From Candidatus Latescibacterota bacterium (lineage in GTDB: Bacteria > Latescibacterota > UBA2968 > UBA8231), in NCBI GenBank assembly GCA_965206595.1, contig OZ242214.1, positions 6,720,001-6,784,000 of the forward strand: a stretch of DNA of 64,000 nt, given 5' to 3'. The notes below the pieces were generated by a model that made no database searches, was not told the origin of the DNA, and saw only the letters and a list, made by a program, of their open reading frames with translations. Within the stretch, counting starts at the first letter, position 1; each line of letters begins with the position of its first letter. Both the position numbers and the translations under genes were made by a program. Below, in pieces: positions 30,178-40,311 of this stretch.

Positions 30178-31137
30178 ATGGAAAAACGGATCCTGGGACG
30201 CACCGGGTACGAGGTCACGCGCATCGCACTGGGCACGTACCGGTTCACCAGCGAGTTCGGCGTCCCGCGCGCCGACGCCCTGGCCCTGCTCGAGCGCGCC
30301 GTGGACCTCGGCATCAACTACATGGACACCGCCCCGTCGTACGGCTGCGGCGAAAGCGAGGAGCTGATCGGCCGGGTGCTCGCCCGCCGCCCGGAAAGCC
30401 GGGTCTTCGTCAGCTCGAAGATCGGGCAGCTGCAGCGGTCGATCGTCCCCTACCTCGGGGCCGAGGCGTACCGCAGCGAGGACTGCATCCGCCGCGTCGT
30501 CGACCACACCCTCTGGCTGCTGCGGAGGGACCGCCTCGACATGCTGTTCATCCACGAGCCGGAGGAGGAGACCTGGGGATGGGACGACAACCTCGAGGCC
30601 CCCGTGCTCCGGGTTCTCGAGAAGCTCCGGGAGGAGGGGGTCATCGGCGCTATCGGGATCGGCAGCAACCGTGCGGAGTTTCCCGCGCGCCTCGCCGAGA
30701 CCGGCCGCTTCGACGTCGTCGAGATCGCCAACGGCTACACCCTGCTGCAGCAGCCGATAGCCGAGCGGCTGCTGCCGGCCGCGGCCGCCCACGACATCGG
30801 CATCGTCGCCGGAGGCCCCTTCTGCAACGGCATGCTGTCCGCGGTGCAGCGCGCCCGCCTGGAAGAGCTGAAGAAGAGCCCGGGAGTCCCCGGCAGCCTG
30901 CTCGACTCGCGCGCCCTGGAGCTGATCGGCCGGTTCTACCGGCTCAGCGAGGAGACCGGCATCCCGATGAACGAGCTGGGCCTGCGCTACATCCTCTCCA
31001 ATCCCGCCATCCACACCGTCATTCCCGGGGCGCAGAACCCCGGGGAAGTGGAGGCTAACTTCCGGGCCGGCCTGAAAGGGCCGCTGCCCGGCGACATCCT
31101 CGGAGTGATCCGGAAAATTCAGGAATCGGTGGGGTGA
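30178..31137 (+). CDS. aldo/keto reductase
   Basis: LGRTG, GINYMDTAPSYG, SEELIG, IPGA..EV..N. Confidence 0.9.
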   Translation: MEKRILGRTGYEVTRIALGTYRFTSEFGVPRADALALLERAVDLGINYMDTAPSYGCGESEELIGRVLARRPESRVFVSSKIGQLQRSIVPYLGAEAYRSEDCIRRVVDHTLWLLRRDRLDMLFIHEPEEETWGWDDNLEAPVLRVLEKLREEGVIGAIGIGSNRAEFPARLAETGRFDVVEIANGYTLLQQPIAERLLPAAAAHDIGIVAGGPFCNGMLSAVQRARLEELKKSPGVPGSLLDSRALELIGRFYRLSEETGIPMNELGLRYILSNPAIHTVIPGAQNPGEVEANFRAGLKGPLPGDILGVIRKIQESVG

Positions 31138-31300
31138 TGGTCCGGTGCGGGGCACTGGCAGGTCCTCCGGTGATCTTCCCCCACGCCGGGGAGGGGGCCG
31201 AAATTCCATCTCCCTTCCTTCACCGCGCCGCCGTTTCGAACACGGAATTGCCCCCTGAGCCGTTGAATTACCGGACACTTGCCACCCAACGAAAAAAAAC

Positions 31301-31330
31301 GGAATGAAGCGGGAACTGCGGTTGTCCAAT
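31301..31330 (+). promoter_or_regulatory. putative ECF autoregulatory promoter
   Basis: GGAATGAA-N12-GTTGTCCAAT, repeated with identical spacing at 46162-46191. Confidence 0.65.
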
Positions 31331-31904
31331 GGGTGCGGAACTGCCGTCTGACCTCGACCTGACGAGGCGTGCACGCGACGGCGACGACGGGGCCTTTCGC
31401 ATGTTGGTCGAGCGCTACGAATCGCTGGTCGCCGCGACCGCAGTCGGCATGCTGGGACCGGGACCGGATGCCGAGGACGTCGGCCAGGAGACGTTCATCC
31501 GCTTTCACGCCGCTCTCGGACGCTTTCGCGGCGAGTCGGCGGTCGGCACCTATCTTACCCGGATCGCCATCAACCTGTCGCTGAACGCCTCGAAGAGCCG
31601 GCAGCGGTCCCGGTGGCGATTCTGGAGCCTGGACAGCGACGAAGACCCGGCTCCCGCCCCGTCGACGGACGGAGCGGCGCTTCGGGACCAGGCCGACACC
31701 AGGGCGGAAGTGCAGAGGGCGCTGCAACAGCTCAAACCGGATCATCGCGCCGTCGTGGTGCTGCGCATGATCCAGGAGTACTCGACCCGGGAGACCGCGG
31801 AGGCCCTGAACATACCCGAAGGAACCGTGCTGTCGCGCCTGTCGCGCGGCATGGCGAACTTGAAGCGGATTTTGCAGCGGAGATTGGACCATGAAGAAGA
31901 GTGA
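31329..31904 (+). CDS. ECF RNA polymerase sigma factor
   Basis: AEDVGQETF, FRGES..TYLTRIAIN, region 4 IPEGTVLSRLSRG. Confidence 0.93.
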   Translation: MGAELPSDLDLTRRARDGDDGAFRMLVERYESLVAATAVGMLGPGPDAEDVGQETFIRFHAALGRFRGESAVGTYLTRIAINLSLNASKSRQRSRWRFWSLDSDEDPAPAPSTDGAALRDQADTRAEVQRALQQLKPDHRAVVVLRMIQEYSTRETAEALNIPEGTVLSRLSRGMANLKRILQRRLDHEEE

Positions 31905-32310
31905 ACGCGAACGCCTGCTGGCGCTCGCCCTCGGCGGCGAGCTTGGAGAAACGGATAAGGCCCGTTTCGAGTGCCTGCTGTCGTCGGACCAAGGTTTCCG
32001 GGCCGAATGGGAGCAGATGCGCCAGGTCGGGGACTTGGTTTCCGAGGCGAAGGCCGAGGGCTTCGACCCGTTCTTCTCCACCCGCGTCATGGCGCGCCTC
32101 CGAGGCGAGCGCAGCGAAGCGGGCAGCTTCGCCGACGGCTTGGTGCGCGCCTTCCGCCCCCTGATCCCGGTCACCCTTGCCGCGGCTGTTTTCCTGGCCG
32201 TGCTGAACTGGCGCGACCGCGACCTGATGTCCGAAGGGTCTTCCTTCCTCGAGATCACCTTCGCCGTTCCGACGGTTTCGGTGGAAACCGCCGAAATCAT
32301 GGAGATGTGA
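31891..32310 (+). CDS. putative membrane anti-sigma factor
   Basis: Overlaps the sigma gene; anti-sigma-like N-terminal helices, DPFFSTRVMARL, one TM segment. Confidence 0.75.
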   Translation: MKKSERERLLALALGGELGETDKARFECLLSSDQGFRAEWEQMRQVGDLVSEAKAEGFDPFFSTRVMARLRGERSEAGSFADGLVRAFRPLIPVTLAAAVFLAVLNWRDRDLMSEGSSFLEITFAVPTVSVETAEIMEM

Positions 32311-32717
32311 CCGTGTCCTCCGCCACTAGGAGCGCCGCCATCCTCATCGCCACCCTCGTGATCGGAATGGTGCTGGGGGCGCTCGGATTCAGCGCCTACC
32401 AGCGCCATCGCTTCCGCGACGCCCTGAGCCTGGCGCGGCCCGCCCACTTCACCGCCGGCATCCGCCGGGCCATCGCCCCGATCGACGAGACCCGGCGCGC
32501 GGAAATAGCCGCCGTCCTGCGCCGCATCGACGAGCGCATGCGGGCCAACCGGATCGCCAGGAACCGGGAGCGGCGGGCGCAGCTCGATTCGGCAAGGGCC
32601 GAGCTGGAACCGCTGCTGACCGAAGATCAGCGCCGGCGGCTGAGGCGCCACCTCGAACGGCACAAGCGGATGGTGAGACGCGGGGCCCGGCCCCATCACG
32701 GGGGGAAGCGGCACTAG
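32307..32717 (+). CDS. membrane-anchored periplasmic helical protein (Spy/CpxP/heavy-metal-sensor-like)
   Basis: GTGA coupling; N-terminal TM; LLTEDQRRRL motif. Confidence 0.7.
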   Translation: MTVSSATRSAAILIATLVIGMVLGALGFSAYQRHRFRDALSLARPAHFTAGIRRAIAPIDETRRAEIAAVLRRIDERMRANRIARNRERRAQLDSARAELEPLLTEDQRRRLRRHLERHKRMVRRGARPHHGGKRH

Positions 32718-32839
32718 CCGGAAGCTGGGGTTTTGTCGGTCCGGCGAAGGTGGATGGTAATTTAAGCCGGTAAGGCAAGGGGAGGGATACACAAACGACT
32801 GAGATTGCCGAAAACACTGTGTTTCCTGAAAACAGGGAA

Positions 32840-33866
32840 ATGGGGTATTCAGTTGACTCAGGTTCCCCTCGGCAGAGCTTCCAGGAACATGGAGGACTAT
32901 CCGCAAAACCTTCAGGAGTTGGAGGCCCGGTTTTCGACCGAGGACGTCTGTCGCCAATACTTGGTTCAGCTGCGTTGGCCGGACGGGTTTGTCTGCCCTC
33001 GCTGCGGTCACGAGCAGGCTTGGTCTGTAGGGATCCGGCTGGAGTGTGGTCAGTGCCACTACCAAGGGTCGGTGACGGCGGGGACGATCTTCCAAGGGTC
33101 CCGCAAGCCCCTGGCCCAGTGGTTCAGGGCGATCTGGTATGTCACCAGCCAGAAGAACGGCGCCAGCGCCTTGGGCCTGCAACGCATCCTGGGCCTGGGA
33201 AGCTATGTCACGGCGTGGAGCTGGCTTCACAAGCTGCGCCGGGCCATGGTCCGACCGGGACGGGACGGTCTTCGGGGCCGCGTCGAGGTCGACGAAGCCT
33301 ACCTGGGGGGTCTGGAGGAAGGCGTGTCGGGTCGAGAAACCGAGACCAAAGCGCTGATCGCGGTGGCTGCCGAGGAACAGGGACGAGGGATCGGTCGGAT
33401 TCGCCTCATGCCCATCCCGGACGCCTCGGCGAACAGCCTCGAAGCCTTCGTCCGGGCCAGCATCGAGTCCGGTAGCCGGGTCCATACGGACGGCTGGGAA
33501 GGCTACGGGGCCTGACCAGCCTGGGGTACCGGCACCGAGTGACGGTCCTGCGGCACAGCCGCAAGCAGCCGCATGAACTGATGCCGCGAGTCCATCGGGT
33601 CGTCTCCCTGCTGAAGCGTTGGCTTCTGGGGACCCACCAGGGAGGTATCAGCAAGGAGCATCTGGAGTACTACCTCGACGAGTTCACGTTTCGCTTCAAC
33701 CGTCGCACCTCACATCATCGCGGCAAGCTGTTCTATCGGCTGCTCCAACACGCCATGCAGACCGAACCGGCACCGTATTCCCAGCTGGCGAAAGGGATCC
33801 GCCCAGGGCCCAAGCGCCAAGCGGCGGCGACATAAAACTGCAACCTGAGCGAACTAAATACCCCAT
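32840..33866 (+). mobile_element. IS1595-family insertion sequence
   Basis: TIRs ATGGGGTATTCAGTTGACTCAGGTT / ATGGGGTATTTAGTTCGCTCAGGTT; flanking AACAGGGA at 32831-32838 and 33867-33874. Confidence 0.92.
32889..33835 (+). pseudogene. IS1595 transposase, frameshifted near 33510
   Basis: CPRC..CGQC, VEVDEAY, VHTDG; C-terminal LLKRWLLGTHQG..YLDEFTFRFNRR is in another frame. Confidence 0.88.
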
Positions 33867-33928
33867 AACAGGGATTAACTTTCCACCAATCTTCCTGAGA
33901 CTAACTCAGCCTCCCCACCTTGTACCCT

Positions 33929-34782
33929 GAACCTATCTCAAAACAGGCAAACTTAAACTTGTTTTCGAAATGACAGTGATGTACCATTGGTGTATGGTCA
34001 ATCTGACCGACATGCAATGGCAACGAATCCGCCATCACTTTCCTGAAGAACTTCGTCCCAAGAGGCATCCGGGTCGCAAACCGGTTTGCACCCGTGATGT
34101 TTTTGAAGCCGTCCTTTGGATTCTAAACACCGGGGCTCAATGGCATATGTTGCCGCCGTGCTATCCGAACTACAAAACCGTGCAGCGCCGTTTTCAAAAC
34201 GGGTGTCGTCAAGGGGTGGTACGCGAAGTTCTCATGGACCTGGCCCAGACCCTTCACGAGCAAGGGGGCCTGGACGAATCGGAGGCTTTCATCGACGGCA
34301 TGTTCTCGGCGGCCAAGGGTGGAGGTGCCGATATCGGCCACACCAAGCGAGGTAAGGGGGTGCGGGTCATGGGGATCGTGGACGGCAATGGGCTTCCCTT
34401 GTCGGTGAGCACGCATGCAGCGAACCATCATGAAGTGACGCTGGTTCAGTTGACCTTTGACTTTTACCTCATCGAAGACCAACCTGACAACTTGATCGGT
34501 GACAAAGCGTACGACAGCGATTCGTTGGATGAAGAACGTAAGAAAGACGGGTTCGAGATGATCGCCCCGCATCGCCAGACTCGGACCAAGAAAAAGACTC
34601 AGGACGGACGGCGATTGCGGCGTTATGTGCGGCCTTGGATGGTTGAGAGATTCTTTGCTTGGCTTCAATGGCAGCGTCGAGTGATCACTCGCTGGGAATT
34701 GTATCCGGAGAATTTTCTTGGCTTCGTCCAACTTGCATCCATTTTGATTTTGCTTAAACAATTTCAATTTTGAGATAGGCTC
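33929..34782 (+). mobile_element. IS5-family insertion sequence
   Basis: 15-bp TIRs GA(A/G)CCTATCTCAAAA; CT duplicated on both sides. Confidence 0.9.
33994..34773 (+). CDS. IS5-family transposase
   Basis: LTDMQW, TGAQW..LP, FIDG, GDKAYDSD, VERFFAWL. Confidence 0.9.
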   Translation: MVNLTDMQWQRIRHHFPEELRPKRHPGRKPVCTRDVFEAVLWILNTGAQWHMLPPCYPNYKTVQRRFQNGCRQGVVREVLMDLAQTLHEQGGLDESEAFIDGMFSAAKGGGADIGHTKRGKGVRVMGIVDGNGLPLSVSTHAANHHEVTLVQLTFDFYLIEDQPDNLIGDKAYDSDSLDEERKKDGFEMIAPHRQTRTKKKTQDGRRLRRYVRPWMVERFFAWLQWQRRVITRWELYPENFLGFVQLASILILLKQFQF

Positions 34783-36078
34783 CTCACAATTGCCTCAAAG
34801 TTGGACGCCTCATGCGGCAATCGCTCACGCCATTCATCAATACCCCTTTGAAAACCATAACAGTCAAGAATTACAAGAATTGCTGGCTCTGGAACCTTTT
34901 TGAGTTTATCCGATTTTTTCTGAACCGCACCTGTCAGGAGTTTCCTGGAGTTGATCTTCTCCGTTTGTGATAAATGCCCCTGTGGGAAGAGCCGCTGCTA
35001 CTAACCCACTTTCCTTTTCAGATAGCTTCCAAACGGAAATTTCTCTGCCTTTGGATTGAAGAACGACATGCGCAGACATCCAATCACCCTTACATGCTTC
35101 TTTGTGGAAGAATAAGGTGAGAATCCGCACAATTTCATTTTGTTGATTTTTTAAATCTGGGATCGATGGGAAGCCAATGAGATAACAGCTATGGACTCTA
35201 ACCTCCGACTTAATTTTTTCACATACATCGGCTCCGAAAGACAGTAGGTTTTTGTCAAGTTCAATCCAAGAGTGTCTCCTACCATTGAGATCTGTTTCTC
35301 CGTGGATACTTGTGATTTCGACTGCAAAACGGCGACCCCTAAAGTTCAGAAAATAATCCGGTGGTTCCTTCCCTTTGGTCCACTCTGGGTCGTCTCCATA
35401 CTCTTTCAAAAGCGAGTCCAGAGCTTTACGACATAGTTCTTCATCTGCTCTCATTGGCTATCGGCACTCCAGAAAAAGAAAGCATAGCTTTCGTCTGTAA
35501 TTAGTTGCAGTTTCCGAAACTGCGGCACTCCCTACAGGCTGGGGTCGGCATCAAACAGACCACGGCCGGCTGGCTATCCACCCGAGCCCCTGGTTTTTTC
35601 AACTGAAAATGGGATCTGCCTTTGGTGTAACAATTCAATTACTAGTCAGTGTCTGCTGTCCTGTCAACTGGGTGCCATTCCTTCGGGGTGGAATGTCGTT
35701 TTTCGCTCAGGGCGACCGTGAACGTCAGCTCGCCAGTGTCCTCGTCCGCGTAATCGCGGCCGCCGCCCGAGTGCGTAAGCGTCACCGGCGGGTCAGCCAC
35801 CACCTCCGCGTCCGGGAGGCCCGCGCGTCACCGTCTACGACTCGCTCCAATTTTTCCGCGGTGAAGATCATCGCCGGCCCAGCTCATTTTCTCTCGATCC
35901 GTGGTTATCACATCCGGGTTTGGTTTGCCAACCCGGCCGACCTTACCTGACCTTTGCTTGCACTCAACAACGGCGAAGGGTTATGAACCATGTCGGCTGA
36001 CAGTCGGGGTTGATCCGTTGTCTAGTGAAGTGAAATAGGATGGTGCCGGAAACGAACCCATGAAATGGAGCAAGCAAG

Positions 36079-36681
36079 GTGGCTATCGAACGGAACGAGG
36101 TCGACCCAAGCAGGTTCAACCCAGAGGCAGACCTTCCATACGAGCTACGCCTCAAGGACTTCGAGATGGCGATGCAGGATGTCTACGACTTCTTCTACGA
36201 CGTCAACTCCCACCTCGCAGGCAAGGGACTACAGCGTCTCGGCGACATGCTTCGCCCCGCAATCATGTCCGGGGTCCTGTCGGACATGATTACTGCAAGT
36301 CTCGCGAAGCACTCGAGGACCTTGACAGAGAACCGGTATTTCAACGGCCACCCCGACTTGGTTGTTCAGGGAAGATATCCGGACAATGCCGTCAAGGCGG
36401 GGGAAGACGGCATCGAGATCAAGACCACCCGGAAGGCGGGAGGTGCGGTAGACACTCACGGGGCGCGCGAGCAGTGGATGTGCGTTTTCGTCTATGGCGT
36501 GGATACCGAGAGGGAACCTGCTGTAGATCGAGCGGCGATGTCGTTCAGGGAGGTTTACCTGGGGCACGTGATGGCGTCCGACTTCCGCAAGAACCCGCGC
36601 AGCGAGCTCGGCACCAGGACGGCCACTCTGCACAAGGATGGGGTGAAGAAGCTGCGCGCGAACTGGATATACAGGCTCTAA
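36079..36681 (+). CDS. putative type II restriction endonuclease
   Basis: HPDL...GIEIK PD-(D/E)XK motif; convergent with and overlapping a DNA methyltransferase. Confidence 0.65.
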   Translation: MAIERNEVDPSRFNPEADLPYELRLKDFEMAMQDVYDFFYDVNSHLAGKGLQRLGDMLRPAIMSGVLSDMITASLAKHSRTLTENRYFNGHPDLVVQGRYPDNAVKAGEDGIEIKTTRKAGGAVDTHGAREQWMCVFVYGVDTEREPAVDRAAMSFREVYLGHVMASDFRKNPRSELGTRTATLHKDGVKKLRANWIYRL

Positions 36682-37814
36682 GGGCGTCCGTTCGGTTCGA
36701 AGGCGCAGAGTGCGGGAACGGCGCGAACCCCTACGTCGAAATAGTGGGAATCCTTCTCGATGCCGATGCTTTCGTACCCGACCGTTTCGGCCGCTGCAAG
36801 GGTGGAACCGGCGCCGGCGAACGGGTCTAGGACGACACCCTCTCCCAACGGCAGGACTCCGCGGACCAGTTGCCTGAGAAAGGCTTGCGGTTTCAGGCTC
36901 GGATGCGGTGCGAGGGCCCGCTCGTTCTTCCGGGTAGGGGCGGACTTGATCACGTCGCCGAACGGTTTGTCCTCGGATGGGCGCCGGAAACCGCCGGTCT
37001 TCCACTTCCGCAGATTGTCCTGTACCCGTCCCTCGACGGGCCTTCTGAAGACGATCCAAGGCTCCCACATCGAACGCGGCATCACGCTGACATCGCTGAA
37101 CTCCTCATGAGCGGCCTTCGGCCTGTCGCCGCCTCGCATGGTCATGACCAGTCTGGTGATGCTGCCTCGGCACTCCATGCCGGCTTCTTCCAGCGCGCCT
37201 GCCACGATATGGACGAGGAGGGGGTTTGAAGCGACAACGACGTTCGCACCAGGTACGAGCTTGGGCAGCAGGAGCCGACCCCAGAGGGTGAAGAACCGGC
37301 CCAGCTGACCCCGTTGCTGGTCGGTAAGGATGGTGAACCGCGGCAACGGGGAGCGCGCATGGCCATCGAAGGAGGGTGGAATCCGCCACACGCCCCCCAT
37401 TCCCTGGCGCATCTTCAACTGCTGCTGGGGCGTGTACTCATGCAGTCCGTACGGAGGGTCGGTGACGACGGCATGAATGCTGTTGTTTCCGCGCTCCTCC
37501 AGCCAGGCGAAGCAGTCACCGTGAATCAATGTCGTTCGACCGAAGAAGAATGGCTGCCGCCATGGCTCGGCGTCGATCTGGAGGTCGCCCTGAAAGTCCG
37601 CCAGGACTTCGGGCCTCACCCTGTAGACGCCGCGTTCTTCCCTGATGAAAGTTTCGGGCGTCTTCAGCCGCAGGCATGACCTTATCGAAGACCCGGGGGT
37701 CGGCCCGATTGACTGGGTTACCCTTTTCTCTATCTGGCTGACAGGCAGTCCTTCGGGCGAGGTGGCAAGAACCTGCAGGATGGCGTCGCGGACCCGTCCG
37801 GGTGCATATCTCAT
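36678..37814 (-). CDS. N4/N6 DNA methyltransferase (beta class) with N-terminal HTH
   Basis: HGDCF, TDPPY, HPSLKP, VLDPFAGAGST; about 80-aa N-terminal wHTH-like extension. Confidence 0.92.
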   Translation of the reverse strand: MRYAPGRVRDAILQVLATSPEGLPVSQIEKRVTQSIGPTPGSSIRSCLRLKTPETFIREERGVYRVRPEVLADFQGDLQIDAEPWRQPFFFGRTTLIHGDCFAWLEERGNNSIHAVVTDPPYGLHEYTPQQQLKMRQGMGGVWRIPPSFDGHARSPLPRFTILTDQQRGQLGRFFTLWGRLLLPKLVPGANVVVASNPLLVHIVAGALEEAGMECRGSITRLVMTMRGGDRPKAAHEEFSDVSVMPRSMWEPWIVFRRPVEGRVQDNLRKWKTGGFRRPSEDKPFGDVIKSAPTRKNERALAPHPSLKPQAFLRQLVRGVLPLGEGVVLDPFAGAGSTLAAAETVGYESIGIEKDSHYFDVGVRAVPALCAFEPNGRP

Positions 37815-37997
37815 GGGGTTCTTTCCTTATTTTCTGTGACCATCCACTATAGACAGCCCGGACGTCCCATGTCAATAAAAACCTGCATAAAGACGTCTCT
37901 CCCCGTCCTCCGGCCCCTTGGCCGACAGGGACCAAACCGAAATTCGCTGTCCCGTGGAATCGTCGCCCAGCTCATTGGGATCATGTAGATTCAGGGT

Positions 37998-38333
37998 ATG
38001 GACCGCGGCACTTTGCTCAATCACATCCGGGCTACTCACTTCGAGTCCGGCGACCGGAAGCTGGCGTTGGCAGATGCGCAACGCATTGCGGCCTATCTGG
38101 TGAAGGAGGGGGCGCGCCGGGTCGTCGGCATCGGATCCGTTTTCGAGCCGTCCCGGCCGTTTACGGATCGCTCCGATATCGATCTCGTCGTGGAGGGAAT
38201 CGAACCGAGCCGTTTCTATTCCGTGTCCGCCGGCGCAGCGGCCATGACCGATTTCAGGCTGGACCTCACCGCCCTGGAAGTGGCCACGACCTCCCTTCGT
38301 CGCGTCGTAAGCAAAAGCGGGGTCGAGCTGTGA
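37998..38333 (+). CDS. minimal nucleotidyltransferase (MNT) antitoxin
   Basis: IGS..SDIDLVVEG motif; paired with a HEPN gene. Confidence 0.85.
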   Translation: MDRGTLLNHIRATHFESGDRKLALADAQRIAAYLVKEGARRVVGIGSVFEPSRPFTDRSDIDLVVEGIEPSRFYSVSAGAAAMTDFRLDLTALEVATTSLRRVVSKSGVEL

Positions 38334-38800
38334 AGCTGGAAGAGGTGTTGGCCAGACGGCTTGCCGCGGAAGTCGAATCCGAGCTTGCGAGCCTGGCAGC
38401 GCTGGACGAGGAGCTCGCCAATGCCCCACAACAGGACGACATCTATTCCCTGCGGGCTCGCGGCTCGATTCTGCACGATTTCTACAACGGTGTTGAACGC
38501 GTCTTCGTGCGCATCGCACGCGAACTCAACGGGGGTGTTCCTCGAGGAGACCAGTGGCACCGGGATCTGGTCGACGACATGACGCTCGAAATCTCCGAGG
38601 TCCGACCGGCTGTTATCGACCGGAGTCTCGCCCAGGCTCTTGGCGAGTACCTTCGGTTTCGGCATGTGTTCCGCAATGTCTACGGTGGCGTATTGGAGGC
38701 GGAGCGGATGGCCTCCCTGGAAAAGCGGTTGCCCGAGACTCTCGCGGCATTTCGCGACCGCGTCCAAGCGTTTGTCGCCTGGATGCTGAAACCAGGCTGA
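38330..38800 (+). CDS. HEPN (HepT-like) RNase toxin
   Basis: LHDFYNGVE, WHRDL, RP.VI, FRHVFRNVY. Confidence 0.85.
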   Translation: MKLEEVLARRLAAEVESELASLAALDEELANAPQQDDIYSLRARGSILHDFYNGVERVFVRIARELNGGVPRGDQWHRDLVDDMTLEISEVRPAVIDRSLAQALGEYLRFRHVFRNVYGGVLEAERMASLEKRLPETLAAFRDRVQAFVAWMLKPG

Positions 38801-38861
38801 ACGGGCCTTGGCACCGCGAACTCCTGCTCCGGGAAGCTGATCCTTACCTGACCCAACCCAA

Positions 38862-38946
38862 CGCCGAATCACCCGCTAGCCATCCGCCGAATCACCTGCT
38901 AATAACCCGCCGAATCACCTGCTGATAACCCGCCGAATCACCCGTT
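38862..38946. repeat. four direct repeats with 23-bp period
   Basis: Core CGCCGAATCACC at 38862, 38885, 38908 and 38931. Confidence 0.9.
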
Positions 38947-39011
38947 GGGACTTGCGTTGCTAGCTTGGCCGGGCTACTGTACTCCCGAACGCCTTGCTTG
39001 CCGGCAAACCC

Positions 39012-40262
39012 ATGCCATACCTGTCACGAATCGTCGATGCCGAACTTGCGGAGCTGCTTGGAGTCACCGGTGCGGTCCTTGTGGAAGGGCCCAAGGCATC
39101 CGGGAAGACAGCTACCGCCATGCAGGCGGCCCAAAGCGAGGTGCTGCTGGACGTCGACGACAACGCCCGGCGCATGATCGGCGCGGATCCGGCGGCCGTA
39201 TTGGACGGAGACACGCCGCGACTGATTGACGAGTGGCAACTCGAACCCGCCATCTGGAACCATGTGCGCAGGGCCGTCGACCGGCGGGCTGCGCCCGGCC
39301 AGTTCATCCTCACCGGTTCGGCGGTTCCCGCCGACGAAATCACCCGCCACACCGGCGCCGGCCGCTTCGCCCGGCTGCGCATGCGCCCGATGTCGCTGTA
39401 CGAGACCGGACAATCCACCGGGGAGCTCTCCCTGCAGCGGCTCCTGGACGGCTCCGAACAGCGGGCGAAGCAATCCGAGCTGCCGATCGCGACCGTCGCC
39501 GAGCTTGTATGCGCCGGCGGCTGGCCGGCCAACATCGGCAAGGCCCTGCCGCAGACCTTGCGCGCGAATCGCGCCTACCTCGACGAAATACGCCGCACCG
39601 ACGTATCGACGGTCAGCGGAAAAACACGGGATCCGGTCAAGGTGGAACGCCTGCTGCGGTCGCTGGCGCGCAACACTGCTACGCCCGTGGCCATGTCGAA
39701 GCTGACCGCCGAAGTCGGCGACAACAGCGCGCCCCTGAAGGCGGACACTGTCGCCGCGTACCTCGACGCCCTGGACCGGCTCATGGTGGTGGAAAACCAG
39801 CCGGCATGGTCGCCTCACCTGCGGTCCCGCACGACCCTTCGGGAAGCGCCCGTCAGGCACTTCGTCGATCCTTCGCTGGCCGTTGCGGCGTTGCGAGCCA
39901 CGCCCCCCCGCCTGACGGTGGACCTGGAGTTCCTCGGTCTTCTGTTCGAGTCCATGGTCATCCGCGACCTGCGAGTGTACGCCCAGGCCGCGGACGCGCA
40001 GGTGTTCCACTACCGGGAGAAGGAGGGGCTGGAAGTGGACGCCATTGTCGAGGCCGCGGATGGGCGCTGGGCAGCGTTCGAGATCAAGCTGGGCGAACGC
40101 TGGGTGGAAGAAGGCGCGAAGAACCTTCGCAAGCTGACCGGCCGGATGGAGCACAGCGACCACGACAGGCCGTCAGCCCTCGCGGTAATCGTCCCCAATG
40201 GGTACGGTACCGCCGGAACCGGGGACGTGGGAGTGATCCCCATCGGCACGCTGGGGCCCTGA
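39012..40262 (+). CDS. AAA+ ATPase with DUF4143 and C-terminal PD-(D/E)XK domain
   Basis: GPKASGKT, LIDEWQ, FILTGS, EVDAIVE..AFEIKLG; upstream TTGCGT-17-TACTGT. Confidence 0.9.
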   Translation: MPYLSRIVDAELAELLGVTGAVLVEGPKASGKTATAMQAAQSEVLLDVDDNARRMIGADPAAVLDGDTPRLIDEWQLEPAIWNHVRRAVDRRAAPGQFILTGSAVPADEITRHTGAGRFARLRMRPMSLYETGQSTGELSLQRLLDGSEQRAKQSELPIATVAELVCAGGWPANIGKALPQTLRANRAYLDEIRRTDVSTVSGKTRDPVKVERLLRSLARNTATPVAMSKLTAEVGDNSAPLKADTVAAYLDALDRLMVVENQPAWSPHLRSRTTLREAPVRHFVDPSLAVAALRATPPRLTVDLEFLGLLFESMVIRDLRVYAQAADAQVFHYREKEGLEVDAIVEAADGRWAAFEIKLGERWVEEGAKNLRKLTGRMEHSDHDRPSALAVIVPNGYGTAGTGDVGVIPIGTLGP

Positions 40263-40311
40263 CGGTTGTCAAAACAAACTCCTTGAAACTCGACCAACGA
40301 AAAGAGCCCCC

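Larger units (their letters stand above)
33875..35454 (-). pseudogene. PD-(D/E)XK-like hypothetical nuclease, frameshifted and interrupted by IS5
   Basis: EPPDY...AVEIT; frameshift near 34945; after IS5 removal it reads ..EAIVRVQGGEAELVSGRLVES to a stop at 33875. Confidence 0.6.

Noticed and set aside
33505-33515. Programmed frameshift in the IS1595 transposase
   Set aside because: IS1595 transposases are single ORFs; a missing base in a G run fits mutation or sequencing error
20773-33866. Composite transposon of the two IS1595 elements carrying hicAB and hen1-pnkp
   Set aside because: The transposases and ends differ, and each insertion has its own 8-bp duplication
38862-38946. Mini CRISPR array
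   Set aside because: The period is only 23 bp and the intervening sequences are related, not unique spacers
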